From assembly GCF_006345805.1 (NCBI RefSeq), contig NC_043003.1, forward strand, positions 100,316,001 to 100,380,000: a stretch of 64,000 nucleotides of DNA, in the 5' to 3' direction. Each line of letters opens with the position of its first letter. The stretch's first letter is position 1. The notes beneath the pieces were generated by a model that did no database searches, was not told where the DNA came from, and was given only the letters and a program-made list of their open reading frames with translations. The position numbers were made by a program, and so were the translations under genes. This document shows, in pieces, positions 24,316 through 38,110 of this stretch. Origin of the DNA: Octopus sinensis (Eukaryota).

Positions 24316-25319
24316 AAAATAGTTTTTCAAATGGATTGTAAGAATCATTATAGGAGCAATGAAATAAAGTACCAATCAAATATTCATTCAATTCAAGTTA
24401 CTAAACCTCCTCTGCAAATTGCTGGCCTTGTGCCTTTTTAGAAATGATAATTGTTGTTATTGTAAATAGAAGTAATGTAGATGAAGATATGAGCAAGTAA
24501 AGAGATTTTGGACTAAAGGACAATAAATTTTCAATTAATATGGTTATTAAATAGATGAAAAGAAAAGGTGGGTGACAAGAGTAAACCAGGTTGATTCTGT
24601 TTTCGAAGGGAAATATTGTGTAAAATAAGCATTATTATGAATGATGGAAGTGTTGTCAATTGACAGAGGTAGTAGAATAGTGGACTAAATGCTGTATAAT
24701 ATTTTGTTCTATTCTTTTCTATTCTAAGTTTAAATCCTGCTAATAGCAACTTTACCTTTTGTGTTTCTGTAGCCAATAATAAAAAGAACATGATTTGAGG
24801 TGTCTATTGTAACAACAGCTTACCCTTTTTCTGAAAGAATTGTGGCATCTTTTCAATGTAAGAACTCATTATAAATAGTTTAAAAGAAGTGATTTGGCAG
24901 ACACATTAGAATGCCAGCCAGGTAAAATGTGTGTATATGTATGTCTGTAATATAATTTGTTTGTGCATTGCACTGGTTGCATAACATTATGCCCACACTG
25001 AGGGAACACTAGTGTTCAGTACAACCTAATTTGCTGACTCCACTAACTTTTGCTATATTTTAACAGCTGTTTTACTTTCTGTTTATCCTGTTTCTTCTTC
25101 CCTAACTGTCACTCTTCTGTTTTAATATTTTGAACAGCAATTGGAAGGTGGCAGTGCAGAAGAAGCAGCAGAGTGCAAGTCTAAAAATGTCTTTCACTTT
25201 TTTAGTTCCATACACCAACTGTTCAAATTCTAATCTTACTATGTCTTGTATTGTGGTTGCCTTCATATAACAAAAGCTTTACAATTGATTATCTGTCAGT
25301 GTGTGTGTGTATCCATCTT

Positions 25320-25730
25320 CTTCACCCACTATTCCTAATGTGAGGGACTGAGGGTAAAGTCCTCAGGCACCTCCTACACAGAGTCCTATCAGAAGCAGCC
25401 ATCAATAGACTTTTCAGCTAGATTCCCAAACAGACCAACTGAGACTATGAATATTATTCAACCATCTCTTTCTTGGTCTACCCTAGGTCTCCTGTTGGTT
25501 GGCTCAGCTTGAAGAATCCATCTAGTCATTCTTTCCTGAAACATTCTAATCAATATCTATTACCAGAGCTGTGGCCTCTCAATGCAGAGAATTAATGGTT
25601 CAACCTGGAGGGAATTGCTGATCTCTGATTTACCCTGTTGAGTAACAACATCTTACCTAGGTGTACTTTTCCTTTCTATTCCTGAAGAGTCAATAAAATA
25701 TTTATCAACTAGGGTTGATTATTACTGGAA
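25320..25730 (-). mobile_element. Decayed RTE 3' fragment
   Basis: RPRGRPRKRWLNNIHSL-like C-terminal motif. Confidence 0.5.
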
Positions 25731-26369
25731 CAATCGAAAAGCAGAAATGGTGGAATGTTGGACAAAATATTTTGTATATAATTGTTTAAGTTCAAATCCT
25801 GTCACAGCATAGTTTTGATATGGGGTTGATAAAATGAATATCAGTCATGTATTAGTATTCTTTCTATTGGTGAATTTGTGGACTTGTACAAATGTCAGAA
25901 ATATTCATTAATCATTTAAGATGGTGGAATATCTGAATTAACAGAGTATTAAACTCCAAGTGAGTATGGGAAGATGTGTAGCTTAAAGGTTAGAATGTTC
26001 AACTTACGTTCAACTCATGAGTTTAATTCCCAGACTGGTTGCCATGTTGCATCCTTGAGCAAGGTACTTTGTTTCATACTGCACCCATCAACACAGGTCA
26101 AAATGAATACCATCCAAGTGCTAGTGTAGCCTTCTGTCTCTTCAACTGTCGTACCTTGGATGTTCTGTTGGATCAAAGGTGAAGAGGTCTGAAAAGGTGT
26201 CTATGTCAGCTTATAGCTACATAGGTACCTAAAATGATTAGTGAAAACATGGTACATGTTACCAAGCCATATTTGTTTGCAGGTGATGGCTGGCTCTAAG
26301 AGTTTGGATAAAAAGAGATTTGTTCATATTCTTATTATGATGCAATTTTTGAAAAGAAGGGTAATTGAT

Positions 26370-26950
26370 TGTACCAACCACAACACTTCACTGGTACTTT
26401 ATTTTAGGATGAAAGGGTGAAAGACAAAGTTGCACCCCTGCCAGATCAACTTTGCCTTTCATGGTCAATAAAATAAAGTACTGTTCAGGTACTGATGTTG
26501 ATGACATTAACTAACACCCTCCTCACAAATTTCAGACCTTGTGCTTAAATCAGTGACAAATATTATTATTATTAGTAGTAGTAGTAGTAGTAGAATGTCA
26601 GACAAAATGTTTAGCGGCATGTTCTGACATCAAATCCTACCAAGGTCAACTTTGCCTTTCGTCTTTTCAGGGTTGATGAACTGAGTACCAGTCGAGCACT
26701 GGGGTCAATGTAATGAACTATCCCAACTGCTGACAGTAGAAAGAATTATTAGAATCATTAGGACATCAGAAATAATCCTTGCCGTATTTGTTCTAGTTCT
26801 TTACTTCTGAGTTCAAATTTGATAGAGGCCAACTTTGCTTTTTACTCCTTCCAGGATTGATAAAATGAGGACCCACTCAAGTACTGGGGTCAATATAATC
26901 AAGATATCCACTGCTCCAAATTTCTGGCCCCATCATCCTAATATAGAAAC
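26370..26950. mobile_element. Cluster of SINE fragments
   Basis: Repeated gtcaactttgcctttc..aagtacc core in both orientations. Confidence 0.55.
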
Positions 26951-26970
26951 ATTATTATTATTATTATTAC

Positions 26971-27020
<50 letters not shown>

Positions 27021-27021
<1 letters not shown>

Positions 27022-27385
27022 CTATCCGAATCGTGGCCGATGCCAGCGCCGCTTCGACTGGCTTCTGTGTTGGTGGCACGTAAAAAGCACCATCCGAATC
27101 GTGGCCGAAGCCAATGCCGCCTCGACTGGCTTCCGTGCAGGTGGCACGTAAAATGCACCAATCCGACCGTGGCCGATGCCAGCCTCGCCTGGCACCAGTG
27201 CAGGTGGCACGTAAAAAGCACCCACTACACTCACAGAGTGGTTAGCGTTAGGAAGGGCATCCAGCTGTAGAAACATTGCCAGATAAGACTGGAGCCTGGT
27301 GCAGCCTTCTGGCTTCTCAGATCCCCGGTCGAACCGTCCAACCCATGCTAACATGGAGAACGGACGTTAAACGATGATGATGATG
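27021..27385 (+). mobile_element. RTE 3'-UTR-only insertion within an (ATT)n tract
   Basis: About 3 units of the 62-65-bp repeat plus the aaaagcacccactac..cggacgttaaacgatgatg tail. (ATT)n lies on both sides. Confidence 0.8.
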
Positions 27386-27416
<31 letters not shown>

Positions 27417-27434
27417 GTAGTAGTAGTAGTAGTA

Positions 27435-27655
27435 AGGCAACGAGCTGATAGAATCGTCAGTATGCCTGGCAGCATGCTTAGCCACATTTCGTCCATCGTT
27501 ATGTTCTGAGTTCAAATTCCTCCAAGGTCAACTTTGCTTTTCATCCTTTCAGGGTCGATAAATTAAGTACCAGTGAAACACTTGGATCAATGTACTCAAC
27601 TAATCCCTTCCCACAAAATTTCAGGCCTTGTGCCTTTAGTAGAAAGAATTATTAT
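27435..27655 (+). mobile_element. SINE
   Basis: Complete core with B-box-like GTTCAAATTCC and (ATT)n tail. Confidence 0.7.
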
Positions 27656-27671
27656 TATTATTAATGCAGCA

Positions 27672-29790
27672 AGAACCATATCTGGTCACCTGCAATGAAT
27701 TTCACTATCAGTCTGTATGCTAAAATTCCATAAAACCTCATGTAGGTCATTCTCTATTACACTTTCTGGTTTGTACCATTTTCTTCCTACTTTAATTTTT
27801 TTTTACTGTAATATGTCCCAGTGTAGTGCCTTGGCCACACAGTAATGTATGTGCCTATATTCCTTCCGTGCCAAAGGACTACAGGAGGGCTCAATAAACT
27901 TTTTTCACAGAGGGCCAGATAACTGAAGGAATGGCGAGTGTGGGCCACGCAACCATTTTGTTCAATACAATACAGTGAATACACAAAAAATAATGACAAC
28001 CAATATATTTATTTACCAAAAAGTTATCAAAGAAGTTGACATTAACAATAAGATAGTTATATCACACCCAGTACACATGTATCTGAATCTCACAAACTAA
28101 GCAGCAAAAATGGTTAGTGAGATTTGTGAAACTGTTTTTTAGATTTAAAGATATCAATATTTGCTTTGGAATTGCTGCATCCAACCAGGAGAATTTCTTT
28201 CAAGTGTTCAATCAACATCATTCGATGTGCTGACTTCACAGATATAAGTTGTTCCAAATACTGATGCCATACCAAAGGCAAGTTTCTTCAAATTTGAAAA
28301 CTCATCATAAGGTAAGCAGCCATAAAATTTAATAAGTTTTCCTTCTCTGTGCATTTCTTTTAATAAATCCTTTGCTTGCAAATCAATGAGCACCAAGTTT
28401 ACAATCAAATGGATTTTGGAACAGAAGAATGTTTCTCTCAATTCTGTCAAGATCTGAAAATCTCTCCAAAAAATGCTTATTTGAATCACAAATAATCTTC
28501 AGGAACTCAAGGTTGACATCTGCAATTCCATCCGTGAGTTGCCAATTCATCTATGATCTGAAAGTCTAAATTAACACCACGAATGAACACAAGAAGTTGT
28601 GACGTACTTGTGAGATCAGTAGGATCTTTCCAGTGCCAGAGAATATCACAAAATGTTCCCAGCTTTCTCGCATATCTGTCGCACTATGTTCTCTCCAAGC
28701 TCTTCTGTTCTCCACAGCTGAACTTGTTGAAAGGCTGACACTTCCATGCAAGTCAGCTTTCTCAGGACGCAAATCATTTGCTGATTCCATCATACACTCT
28801 TTGACGAAGTTGTGGTCAGTAAGTGATTTTCCTCACTCTGCCATCTTACGCACTATTTTTTAACTTGTACGAGAGACGAATTCATTTTCAGCAAACATTC
28901 TCATGAAGAGAATGTTTAAAAACAGCAATGCAAGTTGAAACACAATCACTGCAGGAATGTACTCTTATTGCAGGTACTTACACAAAAGGTACAGTGCAGT
29001 GGCAGGCTGGATGAACTGACCTTGTAGGCCATAGTTTGGTGACCCCTGGACTACAGGAACTTACATGCATAATGGATTCCTCTTTCTCGTTGCATACTCT
29101 GCACTTTGCACTTTTCATGGACTTGTCTATTTTGGCTTTAGTGATATTCATTCACAATGACTGGCTTTGAGAAGCCATTAGGAGTCTTGTTTCTTTCTTA
29201 AGGTATCCTTTCTTCAGCTGTAACCAAGACTTCTCTGCTGCAATGTCCCACATTTACCTGAGATTTGGTCATGTATTTCCTTTCCCCAGACGTTTCGTTT
29301 CCACCCCTGCTTTCTTCTTTTCTAGTATTCCATTGCCGTCTCCACAGCTTCTTTCTGCTCTCCTCTGGCAGCAAAATCAGTCTTTCTGGGTCGCTCCTCA
29401 CATACTCTTGTATGTCTTATTTTGCCATGTCTACGCAGTCTTCTATTGATATCAAACTCTTCCCCTCCTACCTCTTCCCGTTGTAGGTACAATCTATCAA
29501 CACTGTCTCTGGGACGTAATGACTTGTACATGGACATTATCTTTCTGGTCTTACAATTTATATCTCTCAGTTCTTCTTTAATCCAGTTTAAGAAAACAGC
29601 AGAATATCTTATTACAGAGACTGTCCATGTGTTTACTGCCGAGATGCTTTTCCCTCCATTTAGTTTTGAGCTTAGTACCCGTTTTTACTCTCCTGAGATA
29701 TTTGTTTCTCACTCTATCTTTCATTTCTTGGCAGAGGATTCTGTTAGGTGTATTCTCCAATACACCTAGGTACTTGTAATGGTTACATTC
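27672..29790 (-). mobile_element. R4/Dong-type fragment (copy B) interrupted by a hAT
   Basis: Colinear with copy A (21960-22672) once 27885-29056 is removed. Confidence 0.8.
27885..29048 (-). mobile_element. Internally deleted hAT transposon (GTF2IRD2/Charlie-like)
   Basis: 8-bp TSD GACTACAG (27877-27884 and 29049-29056); imperfect 16-bp TIRs (12/16 identical); C-terminal MASVFGTTYICE motif. Confidence 0.85.
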
Positions 29791-29799
29791 ATTTATTGC

Positions 29800-30700
29800 T
29801 CAGATTGATGTCCTATTTAGGAGTTTAATCCCATCTGACTTGGATAATTTCCCTCTCTTTATCACTAGCATTGCACATTTGTCTATTCATGCACATGCAT
29901 CATACAATCTTCCTTTCACTCAGAGAAAGAGACCTTTGATTGTCAACAGAGGTAAAAGCGTTCTGAATTTTGTCCATCATATTATTATTCTACCAATTCC
30001 ACTTTCAGTACATCTTTCTCACCACTAATTAGGTCCCCTAAGTTACAGGGGAGAGTCTCCAGAGCATTTCAGAAACTCAATTTCTTGTGTATCTATAAAT
30101 TTTACGGCTCCTGAGCCTCTTCTACATATAAACACTACTTTCTTTAACTTACCTGTTATTCCACTGCACCTCTTGTGCTTCCATAGTGTGCACTGAGTAG
30201 ACTGTGTAGAATTTCTGCCTACGCTTTTCCTACTTATCATTTACCTAAAGTGGGTAAGGTCCTGCCTGTCTTCTTGTTTAGAAGAATCTTAGTCTTTGCT
30301 AAATCAACCATAAGGCCCTTTGATTTCATGTTTTTGCTTCCACACTTGGAATTTCTTTTCTAGTTCTGTTACAGGATCAGCTATGATAGCAAGATCATCA
30401 GCATATAACAGTTTTCAGGGGCAGCCAGTCTGATATATCCTGGAGAGCAACACTAAATAGAATGAAACAGAAAACCAAATCCTAATGAATGCCTACCTGT
30501 ACACTAAATCCATCACTGTACTCATGGCTAACAGTCACCTTGCTGACAGAATTTCTATACAATGTCTTTACAGCTTTCACAAACCACTTATCTACCCCTA
30601 GCTTCCTCAGAGCCCACCATATCATACAGCAAGGTACTTTGTTGAAAGCTTTCTCCCAGTCAACAAATGTCAAGTACAATGGTTTATTGATTTATTCTCA
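29800..30700 (-). mobile_element. RTE LINE RT fragment
   Basis: FVDWEKAFNKVP, LLYADDLA and a C..C..W.HKRCSGI PHD-like segment. Confidence 0.8.
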
Positions 30701-30809
30701 GCTAAAGTCAACAAACACCAAGAATAATGGTTTTGTGGTCTGTTCAGTTGATTTAGAGAGGACCCAGTTTCTGGAAACTGAATGCATCTTTACTGGCATG
30801 GAAAGATTA

Positions 30810-31190
30810 CCAGGACTAAATTAAGTGGCAGGTGATGGGAACAGTCAACAACCAGTGGTGGGGCATCCTGAAGAGAATGATTAGAGCAGAAGCAATAGTG
30901 TTTAGCAAAGAACTATCAACAGAAAGAAATAGATTAGAGGGAGAACTAGTTAACTTAGAAGAGGTGATTAGTGAAACCAAAGCAAAGGACATATCAAAAG
31001 TGAGAGTGACCCTTAAACATTTTTGAGGTAAAACATGAAGGCTGCATTGTCAAAGCTAAGGCCCATTCATTAAAACATGTAAGAACTAAAGCAGCAGAGG
31101 TGCATGTAGCAACAATACAACCAGGTCCTTGACAGAGTAGGAAATGTATGCAGCTTTCCGGCAGCACTTTGCATGACTGTACAAATTCTT
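30810..31190 (+). mobile_element. Tx1 ORF2 fragment
   Basis: GTVNNQWWGILKRMIRAEAIVFSKEL is homologous to 18600-18700 (GATINNNWWFALKRAIRVESIRFSKSL). Confidence 0.7.
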
Positions 31191-32152
31191 TGGGTTCATG
31201 CCAAAAAAGAAACCTTCATTACATATTCATACTCAATAAAATAATGCACAAATTTACAACGCGTATTAGAGAAGTCAGCTATGTAGTGGCATGCATGTTT
31301 TTTAAAGGTTTTAGTTATATCAGAAGGAGACGGCTTTGAACTTAACAAAGTGTCTATGTTAGGTGTGAAATTAAATCATCGACTCACTTGAACAACAACA
31401 TAATAATTTTATTTCGTTTTTGGATTTGGTTTGCAAGATTCTTTATATGAGTTCGTGTGTTGAGTCAAAACTATTGAAAAGGTTGCAAGACACAATGAAA
31501 ATTTTAGGAAAATAAAAATAAGAAAAAAGTAGAAATTTTACCAGTAAGGCACAAAAAGAAAATGACTCTCCCCAGACACAACAGAATAATAATTTTATTT
31601 GTCATAAATTATATATACAAATAACAAACATTGTAAGAGTAGCAGATTTGGCTAAGTGTGTCAAAGAAAGGCATTTTGGTGTAAGCAGAGAATATATGAT
31701 GATCTGTGTTGAAATATCATAATACAAAACTTACAGTGAATTAATTGAATTTTCATAGAGAAGAAATAATCTTTTTCTTCAGGAATGTGAGAGAGAAAGG
31801 TGCTCAAAAGCATTCAACTGTTGGACAAAAGTTTCCAAGATCTTCTGATGGTTCAACATTACTCATACTTTAGTCACAGTTCTCTCTTCAAGGTACAGTA
31901 GAAACAAATCTTGTTGCCTATCTGTTTTGCAAAAGAACTTTTAGTGACAACATTCAGCAAGGTGCTCCACTCATGCACAGCAGTAGTGTTTTGGTAAACA
32001 GAGCTTTCCACTTCGTAAACACAAACAGTATGTGAAGAAAGGTAGTTAACTCGCTTTGATACATCACCATATTATCCCATGGCAAGCCAATAAGGTGTTA
32101 GGAAAAAAGGGAAGCAATATTGAAAAATAAAGAACAAAATATGCAAACATAC

Positions 32153-32187
32153 TGAGAACAGTAGTATGTTTCCCTTAAAGGTAATTT
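32153..32187 (-). CDS. Possible further exon of the unidentified - strand gene (phase 1 to 0)
   Basis: ctaactctacag| acceptor and |gtatgt donor. Reads (K)ITFKGNILLFS, in phase with exon 50925-51039. Could be a chance match. Confidence 0.3.
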
Positions 32188-32578
32188 CTGTAGAGTTAGT
32201 GTGTAATTTATGACCTCTAAAAACCTATGCACAACTTTACATGAAATAGAAATCACAAAATACAGTGGTCAATAAGTGGTTGCTAGTGCAGGCCTTGATT
32301 ACTAGTAGTGAAGCAGTATCAATGGTACAAGAGTCTCCCACGAAAGAAAAGAAATACATGCAACAAAGGAATGTATAAAAAAGGTAATGTTATAAGTCCT
32401 GTGTGAAAGGAATTTCACACCAATAACAAGAATTTGTCCATATAAATATCACAAAGTTCGTACATTAAAAAAGTGTATGTTGCTGCAGTGTTTATATCAA
32501 AAGAAAAGAGATGAAAGACTAAAGCCATAATAGTATACCACTAAAACAGCCCATCCAGGTGGGTTTTTAGGGAGGGGT

Positions 32579-34367
32579 TCAATGAGAAGGATGAACTTGG
32601 TGAAGTGAAAGTAGCCTCTTAACTTCAGGTTGAATTGTGTTAAGAATAAACCTGAGATCACCATGCTCCATAATTTGGAGTTTACACTGCTGCTTCGTAA
32701 GAAGGCAAATGACTGCACTAAATCCTCTCTCAACCAAACAAGATGTTGGAAAGGCAATGAAAAACAATTTGACTTTCTTCCAAAGCTCCAGATAGCAGTT
32801 GTGGATAGCCTTTTGAAGCCAAAATTCTTGATAGCACTTGCAGAATTTAGGCATCAGTTCAATATCATTTTGAAGAGTTATCAGCTCCTTTTTTAACTCT
32901 CCACTCACTTCTTCACTGATGTCAATGAAGGGGTTGACAATCCAGTCAGGAACTTGAAAAGCAAACAGATCATGAAATCGATGCTCCATATCTTTGTGCA
33001 GTTCAGTGGAGCAGGAGGAGCAAAGGACAAGCAGATCCTTGTCTGCAAGTTTTCTGTCCTTTTCAAAACCAGACAAGCAAGGAAACTGGAAAAACTCCCT
33101 GCGTCCAATATTGTGCTTATACATAACAAGTTTCACTTGAAATGTTGAGATGGTTGACTAAACTTGGATGAGATTAACACCATCTCCTTGCAGCTACTTA
33201 TTCACTTCATTGAATTTAGTGAATAAGTCAGACAAGTATGCAATATCTTTCTTTATACATTTAAGCCTCAAACTATGTTCTGGGACAATGATATCAATGA
33301 ACTCCGTTCATTCAAAGTATTAAAGCGATTCAGACAATTTCCCCATGATAACCACCTCACCTCTGTATGGAGCAGCAAGTTTTGAAAGTCTTCATTGTTT
33401 TTAAAGTAAGTTGTTGAAACAAGCGAGAGTTCAGAGCATGAGATTTTATTTTATTCATGGTATTGATGCTGATAGTGATGAGGGTAGTGATGACTGTGTT
33501 TAGGGAATCATGAAGATGATCACTGAGGTTTCGTGCAACAAGATGTTGGTGAATCATGCAGTGCATCATGAAGACATCAAGTAGACTGACTTTAAGATAA
33601 TTGATGAAGCCATGATGACAGCCAGTCATAGATGGTGCACCATCAGTTGTACAGGCTACAATATTATTCAGTGGGATGTCCTTTTTATCAATAAAGCTCT
33701 TGACCATATTGAAAATGGATTCACACTTGGTATTAGTTTCCAATAGTCCGGCAAAGAGCAGTTCTTGGCATACATTTTCCTTTTTCACAAAACGAACATA
33801 TGGGAGGAGGAGGGAATCGTTACTTAGCAGAGGAGACTCGTCCAACTGCAAGCTGAATTCTGTCTTCTTCAGAACTGTGCAGAGTTGGTCTTTGACATCA
33901 ACCCTTCTCTGGACAGAGCTATCACTCAGAGGAATACCTTTGATAATTGGCTCTGGTGCCTTGTGTAGCACAACTTCAGGACTTCTTTTACAGCTGGCAG
34001 GATTAGCTGTTCCCCTATAGTGTGAGGTTTACTGGACTTTGCAATTAGAAGTGATATGTTATAAGAAGCGTATAAACCATCATTAGACTGACTGGATGAA
34101 CTGGGGAAAAAACTTCTATTGTTTTTCTCATGTGGAAATTATTTTTAAGGGATTGAAAATAATTCAAACTTTTTTGTGCTCTATCAGGATGCATTTTATT
34201 CAAGTGTTCTTGAAGCCTTGATGGTGTCATCGCTTCATTTGTAAAAGTCTTTTTACAGAGTAGACAAAGTGGTTGCTGTTGGTTGTGTGGAGCTGCAATA
34301 AACCCATACTTGAGGTAGTCAACACTGTACTGCCTAGACTTTTTTTTTTATACAAGGTTGATGAAGC
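32579..34367 (-). mobile_element. hAT (Buster/SCAND3-like) transposase pseudogene, near full length
   Basis: YSVDYLKYGFI..PLCLLCKK..MTPSRLQEHL (BED-like), FSLQLDES, ACTTDGAPSM, HCMIH, LLHTEVRWLS, FPTSCLVERGFSAV. TIRs were not found. Confidence 0.9.
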
Positions 34368-35528
34368 CATAGTTTTGATCTGAAAAAATAATACACAGAA
34401 AATCCTCAATTTTACATATCAGATTGGCTTGGCACATGTAAAGAATTAGCTTCCTCCTGATTGGGATCTATTGTGTTTGAAAAACAGATTTTTTTAACTT
34501 TTCAAATTAAGTAAAACTTTTCAAATTTAGTATACTAATGTAATTTTTCACTTTTTCCAGAAAAATTTTAGAAAAATGTTACAGAGGTTTAAAGTTTTAG
34601 AAAAATGTTACAGAGGTTTAATTATTAGCAAATCAGAAAACAAGATCTGGCAAAATAGCAATTTCTACTAAGAATGAAAATTGAGGGAGGGGGAATAGTA
34701 TGAATCGATAAAGATTAAATGAATTTTAATGAGGCATGTAAACAATTGCAAAATTAAAGGAAAACATTACAAAGAGGTAAAATTTATACACAAGGCAGGA
34801 AAATATCAAATATTAAAAAACATAGGCAACAAAAGCACGTGTATGATATGTGTGTACCTTCATTTGTATGTGAGAGTGCGTCCATGTATATATCTACATG
34901 TCATTATATGTACATGTGATGTGTGTTAAAGTGTTTTCATGTATGTATCTATGTGTCACTATGTGTGCGCATGATGTATATATGTGATGTGTGTATGAGT
35001 GTGTGTGTACCTGGTATGTATGAGAGTGAGTATATGTGCATGTTTATGACGTTTGTGTGTGTTATGTTGTATGCATTTGATGAGACTCATACAACCATCA
35101 CCACTATCACATGGTACCATACCCAAAACACAGGAGGTAAAAATTGTTGCTGTTTGTTACTATGGCAACTAGCAGTTATATTTTTCAGCTTGTTTATTGG
35201 TTAAAATTACCCAAAATTTGCATCTTTTTTATGTATTAATTTATAACAAAAAAGAATTTCATTTCCATAATTAGCACACAAAACTATATTGGTACATCAA
35301 ATTTGAGAACAATGGAACAAAATTAGAAGAATTAGAAATCTGTATTCAAACAGAACATATCCCAACTTTACCAAAACATGTTTTGAATTTCTTCAAGATG
35401 CTCGTGGACTAATTTGATACTTCAAAGTGCCTCATATATACTTTGCTAATATATATATATATATATCAATATAAATGAGTATGTATGTGTGTGTGTGTGT
35501 GTATATATATATAATGTGTGTGTATATA

Positions 35529-36200
35529 CATGGGCTGGACAAAATAATGGAAACACCTTGCATTATCATCATAATTTTGAAATATCTATAAAACCGTCAA
35601 AAGCTTGTTTATTTTTGTTTTTTGATTTATTATTAGTGTTGCTTAATATGTTTTGCTAAAATTGCTGTTTCTTTTCAGATAGCATCAGAAAAAGGTAATT
35701 AAAATTCATTAAGATGACAGATCTATTGAACTTTCAAAGAGGTCAAATTGTTGGTGCTCATATGGCAGGCACAAACGTAATGAAAACTGCCAAAATGTTA
35801 GGTGTATCAAGAAGTACTGTCTCGAAAGTAATGACAGCCTTTGAGAAAGAAGGAAAAAAACCTCCTCATCAAAAGAAAACTCCGGAAGAAGACCAAAATT
35901 TTCAGATAGGGACGTCAGACTCTTGGAAATCTGCCAGCCCAATGGTTTCTCTTCATAGCAGAACTATTTAAGCATTTTATCTGATCAAATTCATCCTATG
36001 GTTGCAGAATTGTTTCTGGAGTGAAACTCAGTTTTTCAGGATGATAATGCACCAATTCACACAGCTAAAGTTGTTACTGAATGGCACGAGGAACATTCTA
36101 GTGAAGTTGAACATCTTATCTGGGCCCCACAGTCCCCAGATCTCAATACTATTGAACATTTATGGTGCATTTTAGAAAAACAAGTAAGGAGTTGAAATCC
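35529..36200 (+). mobile_element. Tc1-like transposon, internally deleted and truncated
   Basis: TA-flanked end catgggctggacaaaataatggaaacacc; MTDLLNFQRGQIVGA (HTH); FQDDNAPIH..PQSPDLNTIEHLW. Confidence 0.85.
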
Positions 36201-36421
36201 ACCACCAAATTTAAATTTTAAATTCTATATTTTATATAATATATTATATATTATATTAATTATATTTATTTTTTGTTTTTTATGTTTTGGTTTATGTCTA
36301 TCACTGAGTTGCCTAATAGTGGTTTTATCTCTAATTTAATTTATACTATGAAATTTGATTTAATCCTAAATCTAATTCTTCCCTGTAAGTTTGGATATAC
36401 TCCCTAATCTTATTATTATGC

Positions 36422-36479
<58 letters not shown>

Positions 36480-36482
36480 GTA

Positions 36483-37800
36483 CACTGGTGAAAATAAATT
36501 TAAAACCGATGATAAAAGTTCTATTTCTTACAAAATATTTTGTTACTAACACCATACAAATCATTTTTATTTTTTATACCTTATGCAGAATTTTATTCTC
36601 TTTTGAGTGATGCAGACAATAGCTATTTTTACACAACTTGAAGAATTCTAATGCTAAATTAATATAAATGTTTAAAATTTACCGGCAAAGTTAGTTTAAT
36701 TTTATTTAAAGCTTAAGATTGTAGCAAAAATGAGCAACAAGAACGAAATACATATTAGTACTTTGTGTCGTAGCCTTTATTCTTAATAATGGCTGAACAA
36801 TGCCTTGGCATTGAATTTGCTAAGTGATTTCAAAATCTATGAGAATGTTTTGCCATATTTCATTGATATAATTGAATAATTGTTTTAGATTAGATGGTTT
36901 TTTAGCATGGACTTTTGGAAACATAATTCTACAGGTTCTCGATCGGATTCAGGTCTGGGCTCTGGGGAGGCTGTTCAATTATGTCAATATTATGGTGATC
37001 AAAAAATTCCATAACCTTTTTGGATTTGTGCACAGGACTATTGTCCTGCTGATAAATAGCCCCCCCCCCCCTGGAGGCATTTGGCGAGTCAAATATGGCA
37101 CAACATTATCCTTTATTAGATTCATATAATCTACACTATTTAGCTTTCCATCAACTTTAACTAGAGGGCCAACACCAAAGCTACTGAATGCCACCCACAC
37201 CATCACACCCCCATTCCCCACTTGTGCCGTCTTTTTCATGCATTTTGGATGGAATTCCTCAGTTGGGCGATGTCTGACGTATGTTTTACCATCTGATCCA
37301 AATATACAGAAGCGTAACTTGTCACTCTAAAGGACCCTGCAACAATGTGCGGCAGTCCATTGCGCATGGCTTTTTGCAAAATTAAGGCGTTTGATTCAAT
37401 TTCTTTTGGATATTATTGGCTTTTTCCTAGCGATTCGTCCATGTAGTCCAAATTCTCTCAAACGGTTGCGGACGGTTTGTAGTGTAAAAATAACACCATT
37501 CTCGTTGGACAATTGTTTACAAATGTCAACAGCTGTCAGCATTCGGTTGCCTTCCAAAAGTCGGTGGATTCGACAGTCCAACTGCGCCGTTGTTTTTCTT
37601 GGGGCTCTCATCACTATCACACATGGATAAGAACAGTTAAACATGGATAAGAACAGCTAAACATGAAACTCATAGATCCAACTTCTCTGCTCTTTTTTTA
37701 AGTTCCTATTATTTTTTCTGCACTGATGAGTACTTTGATATTTGCAAATTCTAAACTGAATTTATATTTATGTAATGAAACGATTGTGTGCATGAATAAA
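36483..37800 (-). mobile_element. Tc1-like (DD34E) transposon
   Basis: VRNRLREFGLHGRIARKKP, GGVMVW, QQDNSPVH, PQSPDLNPIENL. One end begins TA-cactggtg; the other end is not clear. Confidence 0.85.
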
Positions 37801-37890
37801 CTTCTTACAAATTTTTAACATTTTATCTCCTCCATTTTTGACAAATATGATTGGATTTGTAGAACTTCATTCAATAAATTAATCATGCAC

Positions 37891-37924
<34 letters not shown>

Positions 37925-37929
37925 TATAT

Positions 37930-38110
37930 ACTTTTATTCTTTTGCCTGTTTCAGTCACTAGACTGCAGCCCCAGGACTTATTTTTGTGTAATGCATGGTA
38001 CTTATTCTATGGGTCTCTTTTGCTGAAACAGTAATTCACAGGGATGTAAACAAACTAACAGCTGTTGTCAAGAGGTGTTAGGGGAGAACCCCAACACAAA
38101 CACACACAGG
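37930..38110 (-). mobile_element. SINE fragment
   Basis: Matches the 51175-51565 family (tgtttcagtc..gactgcagcc..gatgtaaaca). Confidence 0.55.

Noticed and set aside
25138-25230. Possible + strand exon (QLEGGSAEEAAECKSK)
   Set aside because: There is an acceptor but no good donor, no partner exons, and it lies after the PRP38A stop.
31740-32100. Coding-looking stretch with splice-like sites
   Set aside because: All frames contain stops, and no exon fits the phase of the - strand gene model.
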